Assembly: GCA_004764695.1 (NCBI GenBank)
Contig: SMSO01000032.1
Span: 1,116,001 to 1,180,000 of the forward strand
DNA from: Schizochytrium sp. TIO01
Lineage: Eukaryota > Protista > Bigyra: Labyrinthulomycetes
Direction: 5' to 3'
Length of the DNA: 64,000 nt
A program made the translations under genes and the position numbers. This document shows, piece by piece, positions 21,032 to 31,594 of the stretch. Under the pieces are notes generated by a model. It saw only the letters and a list, made by a program, of their open reading frames with translations, did no database searches and was not told where the DNA came from. The first letter of the stretch is position 1. Each line of letters starts with the position of its first letter.

Positions 21032-21353
21032 CTAAAGTACAATAGATGTTATAACAATCAATTAAATACTAATAAATGTTTACGCCATTCCAGTGAAAGT
21101 ATTTCTATTTGATTCATGAAGTAGAACAGACATGGCAACTCACTAAATGAGCTTTGCGAAAAGTTTATAATGCAGTAGGCTTTTTCTTTAACCTTCTGCA
21201 GTTTTCTATTATCTGCTTCTGTATGTTTCCCGTTCTTTAATAACTTGGATAGTTCTACGGAAACTCACTTGAACAAACTGTAAATTCCTCAGAAAAATTC
21301 CACATGTCTGCTCTAAATAATTGTACATATTTATGGATAGCAAGGATACTGAT

Positions 21354-23327
21354 TCAAGCAGGAAACCAGGCCTTCTTTGCTTCTTCTCGGAAACGATGGT
21401 GGGCTACAGGGCGGTATGTATTGTGCGGCTCGTCTCTTTGAGGTACGTGCCCCCGTTTGGTTGCATCCTCACGTTGTACGCGTGTGGCATGTCCTATGTG
21501 ATGATTAAATCCACCATTCTTTTGATGTAGCCATTTTCTTTTTCCTTCAAGAAAATCAATTCGTTCGCGGTCATATTTTGATTTGTAAGGGCCTTGAGCA
21601 TTGATAGTACCACCAGGTAAAGGATCCTGTCCAATGTTCAGTCGGGGTACCTTGTGTCCTTTTGCAATGTCTTTTGTTTGATGGTTTTCCAACTGATTTC
21701 CTTTGCGAGGTGAAGATTTGTTGGCATGGTTGGTGCCGATAGGGTAAGCAAGTTCACTGTGAGCCTCCAAGGTCCGCAAGGTGTGCGTAGAAGTGAGCCC
21801 ATTTTGCAAAAGGTCTTCAAGCGGGAGATGTCTTTCACGGTCATAAAGATGCGTGGGTGGGATCCGTGACATAAGTGTTGCAGCAAGCTCCTGCGGCGAA
21901 GCTCGCCTTATTGTATGATTTGGTGCAGAGCGAGGGCGGGTAAGCTTAGTTGGGAAACTTACTGCTTGTCCACGCGACTGACGAGTCATACGTAAACGTT
22001 CAGCTTGTTCTGAATCAGCCAAAAGACCTGTATTGCCCTCACGCTGCAGTAGCTCTTGCAAATGTGAGTTCTCAGCATAATTTGTCTTCCGTGACATTGC
22101 TGATTGCGGGCGAACACAACCGTGGGTAGCTTTCTTTCGCTCTTCAAGATTCAATTTGCTGCGAGAAAGAGAAGGCTGTGCTCGTTCCTGCTTTAAGAAG
22201 ACGCAATCTGTTGCTTGTGCTGCCTTGGTACGACTGTGCATTTCAATTGACGACTTGCTGCGCTTGAGCGGGGCAGCTTGCTTTGTTTTCGATTGTTGCC
22301 TTGACACAACATTGTGATTGATTCGTTCCTCTGCTTTAGCAGTTTGAGATTGAAAAGTAAGATACACCCGACTAGGAAGATCCAGATGTCCGTGATGCTG
22401 CATTCGACGGGCTATGTAGTTCATAAAATTTGAAAGCATCGTTATAGTTGCTGGGTACTCGTGGGAAACGTCAAATTGGGCAGCAAAAAAATTATAATAC
22501 TGCACTACTAATGGTGAGAGAACGTTTTCTGCAAGTATCTCGGGACGATGTTTGGCTCGTCTCAACACATTTGGATCCAAAACCCATGATGGCCTATTCC
22601 GCACAATGAACTCAAGGTGATCGAAGTTTTTAAACAAAGGATGCTGCACATGGCGCTTGACAACCTGACAACGAGTTTCATCTGATTTGCTAAGATATAA
22701 TGATGGACTAGGATCCACAACTTTAACAAAGTGCTTCCGAACTGCTGAGTGTTGGCGAGACTTCTTTCTGCAGCCAACCGAACAATATGGGACCCATCTA
22801 TTTTTCCTGTGCTCTAGCATGTACAAATCACCAGAAGCACAGTCCAATATCACATCTCTACGTGGGTATTCAACACGTGCAGCCATATTGTGTGCATTTA
22901 TGTCGTCAATTGATCCACCCTCTCGTCCATTGATAGGATTAATATCAAGACCTCGCGCAGCGCAGAGAAACCCAAGAAATTGCGCAACACCCCCAGCACC
23001 AAAGACACACTTCTTAGTAAAAAAGCACATTTTCAACAAAATATAAAGATCTTGTCCTGCTGTTTCCCATGGGAGTAAATTGGCGGAACAGCCAATGAGG
23101 AATACATCTGTACGGTCGAACGCTTTGAGCCCGCTCGTTCCAGAACATTCCTGCACGTCGCTATTATAAATAAACTTCTTTATCTCTCCACTGGGAACAA
23201 CTCTGACTTGCACATTTCCAGCCCCACTCGCATCAATCGCGTCTCGACACGCATTTTCAAAGGCAGCAAATTGGCGACGTTCCTCCGCCTTGCCTTCTTC
23301 AAAAGCGTCTATCAATACAATTAGCAT
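21354..23327 (-). CDS. Hypothetical protein with degenerate class I glutamine amidotransferase-like N-terminal domain and basic disordered tail
   Basis: 657-aa ORF from ATG 23327 (track start is GTG). MLIVLIDAF...FDRTDVFLIGCSANLLPW...KKCVFGAGGVAQFL...HPLFKNF...FAAQFDV follows GATase-I motif order; tail has RPQSA and RPRSAP motifs. Confidence 0.65.
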   Translation of the reverse strand: MLIVLIDAFEEGKAEERRQFAAFENACRDAIDASGAGNVQVRVVPSGEIKKFIYNSDVQECSGTSGLKAFDRTDVFLIGCSANLLPWETAGQDLYILLKMCFFTKKCVFGAGGVAQFLGFLCAARGLDINPINGREGGSIDDINAHNMAARVEYPRRDVILDCASGDLYMLEHRKNRWVPYCSVGCRKKSRQHSAVRKHFVKVVDPSPSLYLSKSDETRCQVVKRHVQHPLFKNFDHLEFIVRNRPSWVLDPNVLRRAKHRPEILAENVLSPLVVQYYNFFAAQFDVSHEYPATITMLSNFMNYIARRMQHHGHLDLPSRVYLTFQSQTAKAEERINHNVVSRQQSKTKQAAPLKRSKSSIEMHSRTKAAQATDCVFLKQERAQPSLSRSKLNLEERKKATHGCVRPQSAMSRKTNYAENSHLQELLQREGNTGLLADSEQAERLRMTRQSRGQAVSFPTKLTRPRSAPNHTIRRASPQELAATLMSRIPPTHLYDRERHLPLEDLLQNGLTSTHTLRTLEAHSELAYPIGTNHANKSSPRKGNQLENHQTKDIAKGHKVPRLNIGQDPLPGGTINAQGPYKSKYDRERIDFLEGKRKWLHQKNGGFNHHIGHATRVQREDATKRGHVPQRDEPHNTYRPVAHHRFREEAKKAWFPA

Positions 23328-24048
23328 TTTGGTCCTGAACCTAAATGACTCTCTCCTACGCCTCGACTCACAGGACTCGCGCAAATGACTCGAGCGCGGC
23401 ACGCACCGCCCTCGAGATTGCGGAGATGTACAAGGATCAGCGAGGATTACTTTGTATCAATGATCATACTCGGCGGATCACTCTTGAGCTTATAGTTCTC
23501 CTGCAACGACGCTGCGTGCCACATCGTGTTCACGAACCAGGGTGTGTGCTTTGTGTCTATGTAGTGTGGGGTGTGCACCCCATTCTCATTCAGCAAAATT
23601 ACTGTATTTCCTTCGTCTTAAACAAAAAAGAAAGTAGCGCTATCTTAGGTATAGGTGTCCTTTTCTTGCCGTTTTGATTGTTTGTATGCAGCCAAGTAAA
23701 CGCACGGACACCGCACGATGTATTATGTTGCTGCACAGCCTCGCAATGAATGCAACTGGAGAATCTAGTATTGCCGTTTTTAATTTCTTTTCTCTCTTTC
23801 TAAGATGTTTTTTTTATAAGAAAGAAAGCAATAGAGCAAATTCTCACTTAGTTTTCAACACCTTTCAGTAGGTTTGGCCATGACGTAAGATGAACAACAC
23901 ATGACTCTTGCTTGCCGATTCGCTATTTCGAACGTATTTACCTTTCCAGAGAATGAACTATATACCAGCAGTGTCAGCGAATGTTTCGTTTTCACCAACT
24001 CAAGCCACGATAGTACACCTTCCTTCCTTTTTAGTTCTTCAGGATAAA

Positions 24049-24112
24049 AAATAAAATAAAAGTAAATAAATAATAATAATAATATAATAATAATAACAAT
24101 AACAATAATAAA
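24049..24112. repeat. AT-rich (AAAAT)/(AAT)n low-complexity tract
   Basis: Read directly. Confidence 0.8.
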
Positions 24113-25922
24113 ACTGCTACCTTGATACCTTTACTAGCCTATATAATATAATGAAAAAAAATGTGGATTAGATTGTTTTACCAGAATTTCCGCAATTATT
24201 GTGACATGACGATTGTTTCTTCGGTTGCTGCAGTTGTCCCCTTTGTGCAAAAGCGTTTAATATATATACATATATATATTTAATATATTTTAAAAGCTTT
24301 TATGACGTCTACAATCCTTGTTGCCTCGTGTTCATCTGAACCAGTAAACTTTTAGGGCCCTTTCTAGATTGCATAACATGACATGACTTAAAGTAGCTAG
24401 GCACCATCTGCTTTGGAGAATCGTACTAAGAAAGCCTGCTCCTGCTCTTCTCCTTTTGTGCACCAATACTACCTACTTACCTCCTGTATCATCATGGCAC
24501 TTCGCTTTCGATCATCCTTGCCACAATACATTTGACTGACCTGGCAGTCTTTTGAAACTTCTTCAACCAGGGCAAGCACGACAGCTTCTCAATAGGTGAA
24601 CGAATCTCCATCACATTCGCTTTCACTGATTCCCCATTTATAGCCTCCAGTTTCGTCCAATTGTGTCCAGCTTCTCACATTGGTGCACTACCTGAGACCC
24701 TGCGTCACGATTTTGCGTAGGGGCCGTAAAATCATACTCTCTGGTGTCCTCGGCATTTTCTCTTGAGAAGCCTTTGCACCGCCACCGCTGCGTTGGAATT
24801 GAAGAGAGCTGAGTTTGAGAAGCCAGCGTTTATTCTCGCAGTACTACTATTAGCACTAGTATCAGGCATACATGCTATAGATAGATTTTTATATATTTTA
24901 TTTTCGAAAACTAGTAAAAGAAGTCAATTAAAAAAGCATTGTGGTTGAAAAAGATGTTTTAGGCTCAGAAATAATCTAGGCACGCCTCTGTGTACGCATA
25001 CGAGAGTAGAAGTGCCGAAAGTATAACATTCCGCCGTGCCCGACGCCGCTCTTATCTATGCTCAAGAATGTCCATATCCGAATGCGAATTTATCGTATAG
25101 TATGGTGAAACCAATTTGCTACAAATCAAGCACAATAGAAAAAACAAATCAAATAAAATATGTATAGAGGTGTGATACGCGTCTTGATTAGTTTTTCAAC
25201 TCCTTGAAGCAGGATAAATCTCTCTTCTTCCCAGTCGCTCTGTTTTCTTTGTTAAGGCCTACCGCGTTTCCAATATCGTATCACCAGATTTTAAGTTGCA
25301 GTACGCCTTGTCATATCATTCATTCAAAAATAGTCGTCAGAAATATTTAAGGCCAGCAACACCATCTATTAAGAACTCAAATGCGTTTACACATCAGCGA
25401 AGTGGGTGGCCAAATACTATGTAATTGAACGCTTATTCTTCACGCGCGCAGTCCTACAGCAAATTTGTCCCGTTATGTTTTGGCCAAACTCGCCTCCGCG
25501 CTGTCCTCCAGAGAGAGACGTGAAGAGCACAGCGCCTAAGGAGACCCTCTTAACCTATTCTTAAGATTCCCTTAGGACCCCGAAGAGAAGTTTCCGCTCT
25601 CTGTAGTAGGTGCTACTACCTACCTACGTATTACACTGCACATGCGCTTTTCCCCCATTCTAGCACAAAGGGAAGAAGAACTTGACGCAGCTCGAAGAAA
25701 TACTTGACTTGACTGCTTCATGCGGTTGCTTGATCGACTGATTTCTGGCTGACAAGCTGCTCGCAGGCCGACCAGAGCCTCCTAAGGCAGTTTTGGATAT
25801 ACAAGTCCACTGTCTTTTTGCGGGTTGACTCCAAAGTAAGGCTGAGTAAACTCGCCAAGGCAACGGGTCGAGAGTCGTACGTAGCATGATAGAGGTCCTA
25901 TCGTTACTCGCAGTTAGGTTGT

Positions 25923-25923
<1 letters not shown>

Positions 25924-25984
<61 letters not shown>

Positions 25985-25986
25985 AA
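25924..25986. repeat. (GAAAGA)n/(GAAA)n compound microsatellite
   Basis: Read directly. Confidence 0.9.
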
Positions 25987-26333
25987 TGCCTTCTTTTCTC
26001 CCCTTTTGGTATCATAATCGGAAAGAAATGAGGAGTATAAAACGCAGAGTGTGCTCTGAGAAAGGATATTTGAGGTTCTTCTCTTCAGTTTCATATGCAT
26101 ACACCTGCCTTGCACAACAGGCGGTAGAAAACCCTGCTTTCGCGCAGAGACTTGGCGCCTGACTCGCTTGTTTAGCTTTCTTTTGGGAAAGGAGAAGAAG
26201 ATACTACAACTTGAATGCGAAGAAAAATGATGAGAAAGGAATCGACACTTGAAAAGGTCACTCGAACTCCTTATCTCCAAAGGACGGTCGGTCCTCACGG
26301 AGCACACAATCTTCACTCACCCTCGTGAATTAA

Positions 26334-26338
26334 AGCAA

Positions 26339-26373
<35 letters not shown>

Positions 26374-26387
26374 ATAAACAAACAAAC
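26334..26387. repeat. (GCAA)n-(ACAA)n microsatellite
   Basis: About 8 GCAA units followed by ACAA units. Confidence 0.9.
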
Positions 26388-26776
26388 AGACATACAAGCA
26401 TACAAAGAAAGCAGCATACTTTTGGCTTTGCCGCTCGTGCTCGCGAGCTACGATCAGGCGTGGATAGAGGAAAGAGTATAGATCAGTGAGTCAGTCAGGC
26501 AGCCGAAGGCCGAAGATCGTTCCACCTGCTACATCGCTCTACTGGGGATTAACATGGAGATTGGAAAGAGCAGAAAGTGGAACAAGAACACAAGACGGAG
26601 AATACTATGATTTATGAAGAAAAGAAAGAAAGAGAGAATGCTGAGGTGCCTAATAGTAGATAGATGAAGAGATATCTGAAGAAGATTGATGCGCAGGTAG
26701 AAGAATATTTGATTAAAAGAGATACAGAAAGAGCGAACGAAGGCTGGCAAAGTCAGAACAGAGCCTTCGCGGCGGC

Positions 26777-29077
26777 ATGGCGGACGGCGCGGGCGCGGGC
26801 GGAGGCGGCGGGGGATCAGCATCGGATGGAGATGTGGGCGAGGTAGCGGCTTCAGGTGCCGTTATTGGCCTGGCCGCGCAGGCGCTCGCCGCCGATGGCC
26901 CCGACGGCACAGAAAGCCATGATGACGAGAGTCATAACGAGAGCCTTGACGGCCAGCTTGAAGGCCAAGGCGCGGCAGGAGCCCAGAAAGCTCAGCAAAA
27001 TAATGATGGAAATGAAGGCGATCAAGAATCATCAAGAACCCTTGAAGACTCCACAGATGTACAAGAGGACAACGCGAGTCCGGAGGAAAGGAGAAAAGGC
27101 TTCATTCATAGGCGGAAACCAAGTTGGCTGAACGAATCGCATCCTTCGTTTGTTTGGGGAGACCAGCAAACCCGAAAACAGATTCGTGAGGAGTTCCATC
27201 GTGCCAATGATGAGCTTGGAGGCTCTTCCAAGGACCTTCGCGAGGATGATGATGAGTCTGGAGACGATGAGGACGACGAAGTTGATGACGCCGATCTTAA
27301 CTATGGTGTGGACCCTGGATTTGCTGACCTTGATGAGGAACTACGCGTCGTTGAGGGCATGATTTCTGAGCACACAAAGCTGGCTGAGGTTGAAGTTGAT
27401 GATGAAAGTGAGTCTTCCAGTGATGAGGACGAAGGCGAACAGGGAGCTGCCAAGCATAGCCCACGTCCACCTCGTAGAATCAATCTGCCGCCTCCAGCGA
27501 AGAGCAACATTGCCAAGGCACTCGAAGCTCAGAAAAAGTCATCTTCGTTAGGTCGCTCCCTTGCTCCACAGGATCAGAAATCATCACGCTCAGATCGGAG
27601 CTCTATCCTTCCATTAGTAGTCAAATCCATTGATACTGTAACCGACACGGATGCTACATCGGGCGCTGCTTCAAGTGCTCATCCACCCTCCCCACCACAT
27701 AAAACTACCGAAAATTCTGTCAACCCTTCATTGAGTAGCGAAAATCAGGAGCAAAAGCAGAAGCAACAAGTTGAGTCCAACACCACTTCTGAAGCTGCAA
27801 ATGAAGTGTCCTTATCAACATCAAAAACACTCGAAGTGAAGGACTCTGCAAAAAGTGATTCGAAGGCCCTAGATATAGCACCTAGCGAAGTGAAAGCAAA
27901 AGATACTGCCACTGCCACGGCAGATGTTGACGTAGCTTCTTCCTCAACTCCATCGACTGTTGAGGCGGGCTCTGATGCTGTAAAAGATGCTTTTCAAAAG
28001 CTTAAGCTCGATGGCAAAGAGACTGAGCCTAGCGACGGAGTTCCTTCAGAGGGTGTATCTAACAACAAGTCTGTGGCTGCAGGTTCCAGCTCCTCTGCAA
28101 CCATCCCAACCGTTGTTTCCAGCGACGGGGAGGATATGTCTGTCGCGTCGTCTGCGGCGTCTCCGCAATCCCGACCAGCGTTGAGCAGTCCAAGCCTCGC
28201 CTCTGTGAAGTCAGCACCCAAACCTCGAAAAAAGCGAGTCCGCTTGGTAGAATTGCCAGATTATTTAGCAATGATCGCTCGCGAACACAAACAACAGTTG
28301 TTGGAAAAACAGCGATTAGAGCTGGCTAAAGCAGCCGAAGCCGTAAATCGTCGCGAAGCTGAGTCAAGTGGAGGAGTTAAAGCTCGTGCACCCCGCTCGG
28401 AAATTATGATTCGTCGCGGTTACCTTGACCGTCTTGGTATCGGTGGAGATTCGGCACCTGTGTCTCAACTCCAGGCCTCTGGAGTAGGACCGAAGGGATT
28501 TGACATGGGAATCAATGCTCGTCGTGCTGCCATTGCTTCTGCACGTACCCGCCGGAAACCTCCTTCAATGCGAGTCCAACTGCGAGAGGCTCCATCGTCA
28601 TCCAGGGGCAAGGGATTCTTCAAAAAACTTGCATCGTGGATCGCCTCGGATGATGGCTCGTCTTCATCTGATGCCTTTGCCGGTGCGGGTGCCTCAGGTG
28701 GTCTTACGCAGATTTCATCGTCCTTGGATTCAATGAGTAGCGCTGGAAGTGGTAGCCCAGCGCTTGGCCCCAAGGGCCTTTCTGCGAACCGCCCACGGCA
28801 TGTGAACTTTAAAGATTCAGCAGATGTTTATTTCATCCCAGCACGCTCCGACTACCCTGCTAAGGTGAAACATGCTATTTGGCACTCACGCGCCGAGTTT
28901 GTGGAAATGGTCATGTCGAATATGGATCAAGTAGAGTTGGAGCTCCAACAGGAAGCAGAGAATCAACGGCGGATCCAGGATCTCAAGGATAATCCTCCGC
29001 CCAGCTTTTCGTCCAAGTCTCGTACTCAGAAAGATAAGTCCAAAGATGTACATGCTGAAGGAAATAGTCCTGCATAA
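26777..29077 (+). CDS. Low-complexity acidic/Ser-rich protein with C-terminal RVxF-type module, putative PP1 regulatory subunit
   Basis: 766-aa ATG-initiated ORF with coding-like composition; C-terminal RPRHVNFKDSADVYFIPARSDY...AIWHSRAEF; second basic motif RKKRVRLV. Confidence 0.75.
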   Translation: MADGAGAGGGGGGSASDGDVGEVAASGAVIGLAAQALAADGPDGTESHDDESHNESLDGQLEGQGAAGAQKAQQNNDGNEGDQESSRTLEDSTDVQEDNASPEERRKGFIHRRKPSWLNESHPSFVWGDQQTRKQIREEFHRANDELGGSSKDLREDDDESGDDEDDEVDDADLNYGVDPGFADLDEELRVVEGMISEHTKLAEVEVDDESESSSDEDEGEQGAAKHSPRPPRRINLPPPAKSNIAKALEAQKKSSSLGRSLAPQDQKSSRSDRSSILPLVVKSIDTVTDTDATSGAASSAHPPSPPHKTTENSVNPSLSSENQEQKQKQQVESNTTSEAANEVSLSTSKTLEVKDSAKSDSKALDIAPSEVKAKDTATATADVDVASSSTPSTVEAGSDAVKDAFQKLKLDGKETEPSDGVPSEGVSNNKSVAAGSSSSATIPTVVSSDGEDMSVASSAASPQSRPALSSPSLASVKSAPKPRKKRVRLVELPDYLAMIAREHKQQLLEKQRLELAKAAEAVNRREAESSGGVKARAPRSEIMIRRGYLDRLGIGGDSAPVSQLQASGVGPKGFDMGINARRAAIASARTRRKPPSMRVQLREAPSSSRGKGFFKKLASWIASDDGSSSSDAFAGAGASGGLTQISSSLDSMSSAGSGSPALGPKGLSANRPRHVNFKDSADVYFIPARSDYPAKVKHAIWHSRAEFVEMVMSNMDQVELELQQEAENQRRIQDLKDNPPPSFSSKSRTQKDKSKDVHAEGNSPA

Positions 29078-29623
29078 AACCAACACCTTTTCCTTCTTCA
29101 AAACCTATTATCAAAGTTTTTCTTTGTTGATCTAGTGTAAGCTCAATAATACAATTGTGGGCTTATTACTTTGAGATCTTCTTTTCACTCAGTCGTACAT
29201 AGCAAATAAACAAAATTAAAAAAAAAATGAAATTTGAATCTCCTTTATCGCTCAAGAGCAGGATCTCTAACTTATTGACTTAAGATTGATCCACGTTGTT
29301 ACTAGTTTTCCTTTTCTTTTTCAGCATGCTCAAACACTAGAGTAGGTATACTTAGCAGACTTATTTTTTTCTTACTTTCAGCTGCTGTCTGGCAGTGTGG
29401 AATTTTCCGCAGTATGGATGAAGGGGGCTTTCAGACCTTGAACCCTCCTCCGAGAATTGCTGTTGAAGGATACCGTATGTTCTGCTCGTTGTTTCTGACT
29501 CTTTTTTTCTTTTCTTTTTCTACACAATGCATGGTTTTCAGATATTATCAAGTTGTAATATATTTCTTACTTTCAACAGTATATAAAAAGAGGAAGAAGA
29601 GTGTTCACATGTAAATGCAACCC

Positions 29624-31130
29624 TTACAGTTTACTTTGTGACTCTTCTTTGGGGTGATCGATAAGAGTACTGTATACGATGTTGCTAAATAGAGTACGCA
29701 ATGGCATCTTGATTTCATCGAGCTGAAGCACCTGAGTGAAGAACATTGCGAACATATCTTCCTTCGGGTCGCAGAAAAATATTGTACTAGCTGCTCCAGA
29801 CCAGTAAAATTGTCCGAGACTAGCTTGTAAACCAGCCAAGGTTGGATCCATATGGATGGCAAAGCCGAGTCCAAAGCCGAGACCCGGATGGCCAATATAC
29901 CGGTTACTCGGAAGTAGCAAGTTCGTACACATCCTTGTTCCCCGGGAGATGATTGCGAATAGCAAACTCAAATGTTTTTCTTCCAAGAAGGCGTTTACCA
30001 TCAAGCTCGCCCATGTTCATACAAAATTGACAGAAGCGTGCATAGTCACGAAAGGTAGAGACTAGCCCACCACCGCCAGACAGAATGTTTTTCTTCTTCG
30101 TATATTCTCCCCACTTATCATGCATTGGGGTCATGTCAAAGCGAGTGCGATCTGGCTTCTCAACATGAAGAGAGACAAGACGACCATAATTTACCTCATC
30201 CAGTTGGAATGTAGTATCACGCATGTCAAGGGGTCCGAAAATCCGCTCTTGGAAAAATTCATCCAAGGTTTGACCCGAGATAACCTCCACAATTCGGCCA
30301 ACAACATCTGTGGCAAGGCTATAATTATATTTCTCCCCAGGCTGGCAACACAAAGGCAGTTCTGCAAGTCGGTCAACAAGCATTTCCAAAGTCTCATTCT
30401 TTTTCAAACCTACCCGAGCTGAATCGCGATAAAGAGAGTCCACAGGGTTCTCTGGGTCCAAGTAGAACCCGTAAGAAAGACCCGCCATGTGTGTTAGCAG
30501 ATGGCGAATACGGATCTCTCTTTTGCACGGGAGAAGCTCTCCACCTTTTTTCTCAAGGACCCGAAGGTTTTGCTTCTTCCACTTGGGTCCAAGATAAAGG
30601 TGCGCAGGCTCTTCAAGGGTTACTTTGCCTTCCTCAAGGAGCATCAATAAGGCAACCGAAGTGATTGGCTTTGTCATTGAGTAAATACGGAAGATAGAAT
30701 CATGCTCCAGGGGGGTGCCCTTCTCGGTCAAAGCATGACCAGTGCCCTTGTAATACACGACTTTCCCCTTCCGTGACACCAGAGCTCCAGCCATAGGAAA
30801 GTCATGGCCGAGTGCAGCATCAACGGTGTGCTCAAGAAAGTTGTCAATACGCTTCAGTGCTGGGCTGGAGATACCAACTGATTCAGGACTCTCTGCCCAA
30901 GGAAGGCCAACATCTTTGCCGGTAAAGTCGAAGATCCCGTCCTTGCTCATCTTCTGCACCTGTCCTTTACTGTTAGACTCTTGGTATAACCCTAGTTCCG
31001 GGTTTGTTGTTGTGCTCAGAGAACGGAAAACTGCTTTCAAAGTAGTGGGTTGGGTCTGGTTTGTACCTTGCCTGTGCGAGAGTATTGCTAGTTCTCGTCC
31101 AGATGCAAGGGTTTTTGCCAGACTCCTCAT
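29624..31130 (-). CDS. Beta-lactamase-family (class C/EstB-like) serine hydrolase, copy A, interrupted by one frameshift near 29904
   Basis: SxxK motif YSMTKP, LLTHMAGLSY, PGEKYNYS, SGGGGLVST. Frame ends at TAA 29904-29906; the +1 frame continues HPGLGFGLGF...FYWSGAAST...QSKL*, colinear with copy B. Confidence 0.9.
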
Positions 31131-31594
31131 CTGTGAACTCCTTAGCTCACTTCGACGGGTCTGTTCTTTATTGAATTCGTCTCTAGGTTATAGAGGTAGG
31201 TACTAAGTATCTGTCGTGTAACCAGGCTAGACACGACAAAGTAGTCTAGTCCGCCACTTGGCAGATTTCCTTCCGCACTCTGAAGACGCCTACATAGTAG
31301 ATACATATGGACCTACTAAAGACGCCAAACCTCTTGGCGATCTTTTTTATTTCTTCTTTTATAGTACTATACGCCTAATTATAATTAAAGAAACAAAAAC
31401 GCTCTTTCAAAAAAAAAAAAAAGGTTCGCTGGAGTATTATCGCAGGGACGGAAAGAGACAGTGAATGGACCAATGACGCACTTTATAAATCTCAAGAGAT
31501 TCGTTCTCATCATGAGTGCGTGAAGTTATTTGATACTTGCGTGTGGGTACGCAGGAGCCAAATGCAATGTCGAATGGAAACTTGCTTCATATTT

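Noticed and set aside
25660-26316. 218-aa minus-strand ORF
   Set aside because: Non-ATG start, runs through a microsatellite, no protein-like motifs; lies in the upstream region of the 26777 gene.
29820-29910. Intron or stop readthrough as the fix for hydrolase copy A
   Set aside because: An intron from GTAACC to the next AG would delete the conserved GLGFGLGF strand; in-frame readthrough gives non-homologous sequence ending at a TAG.
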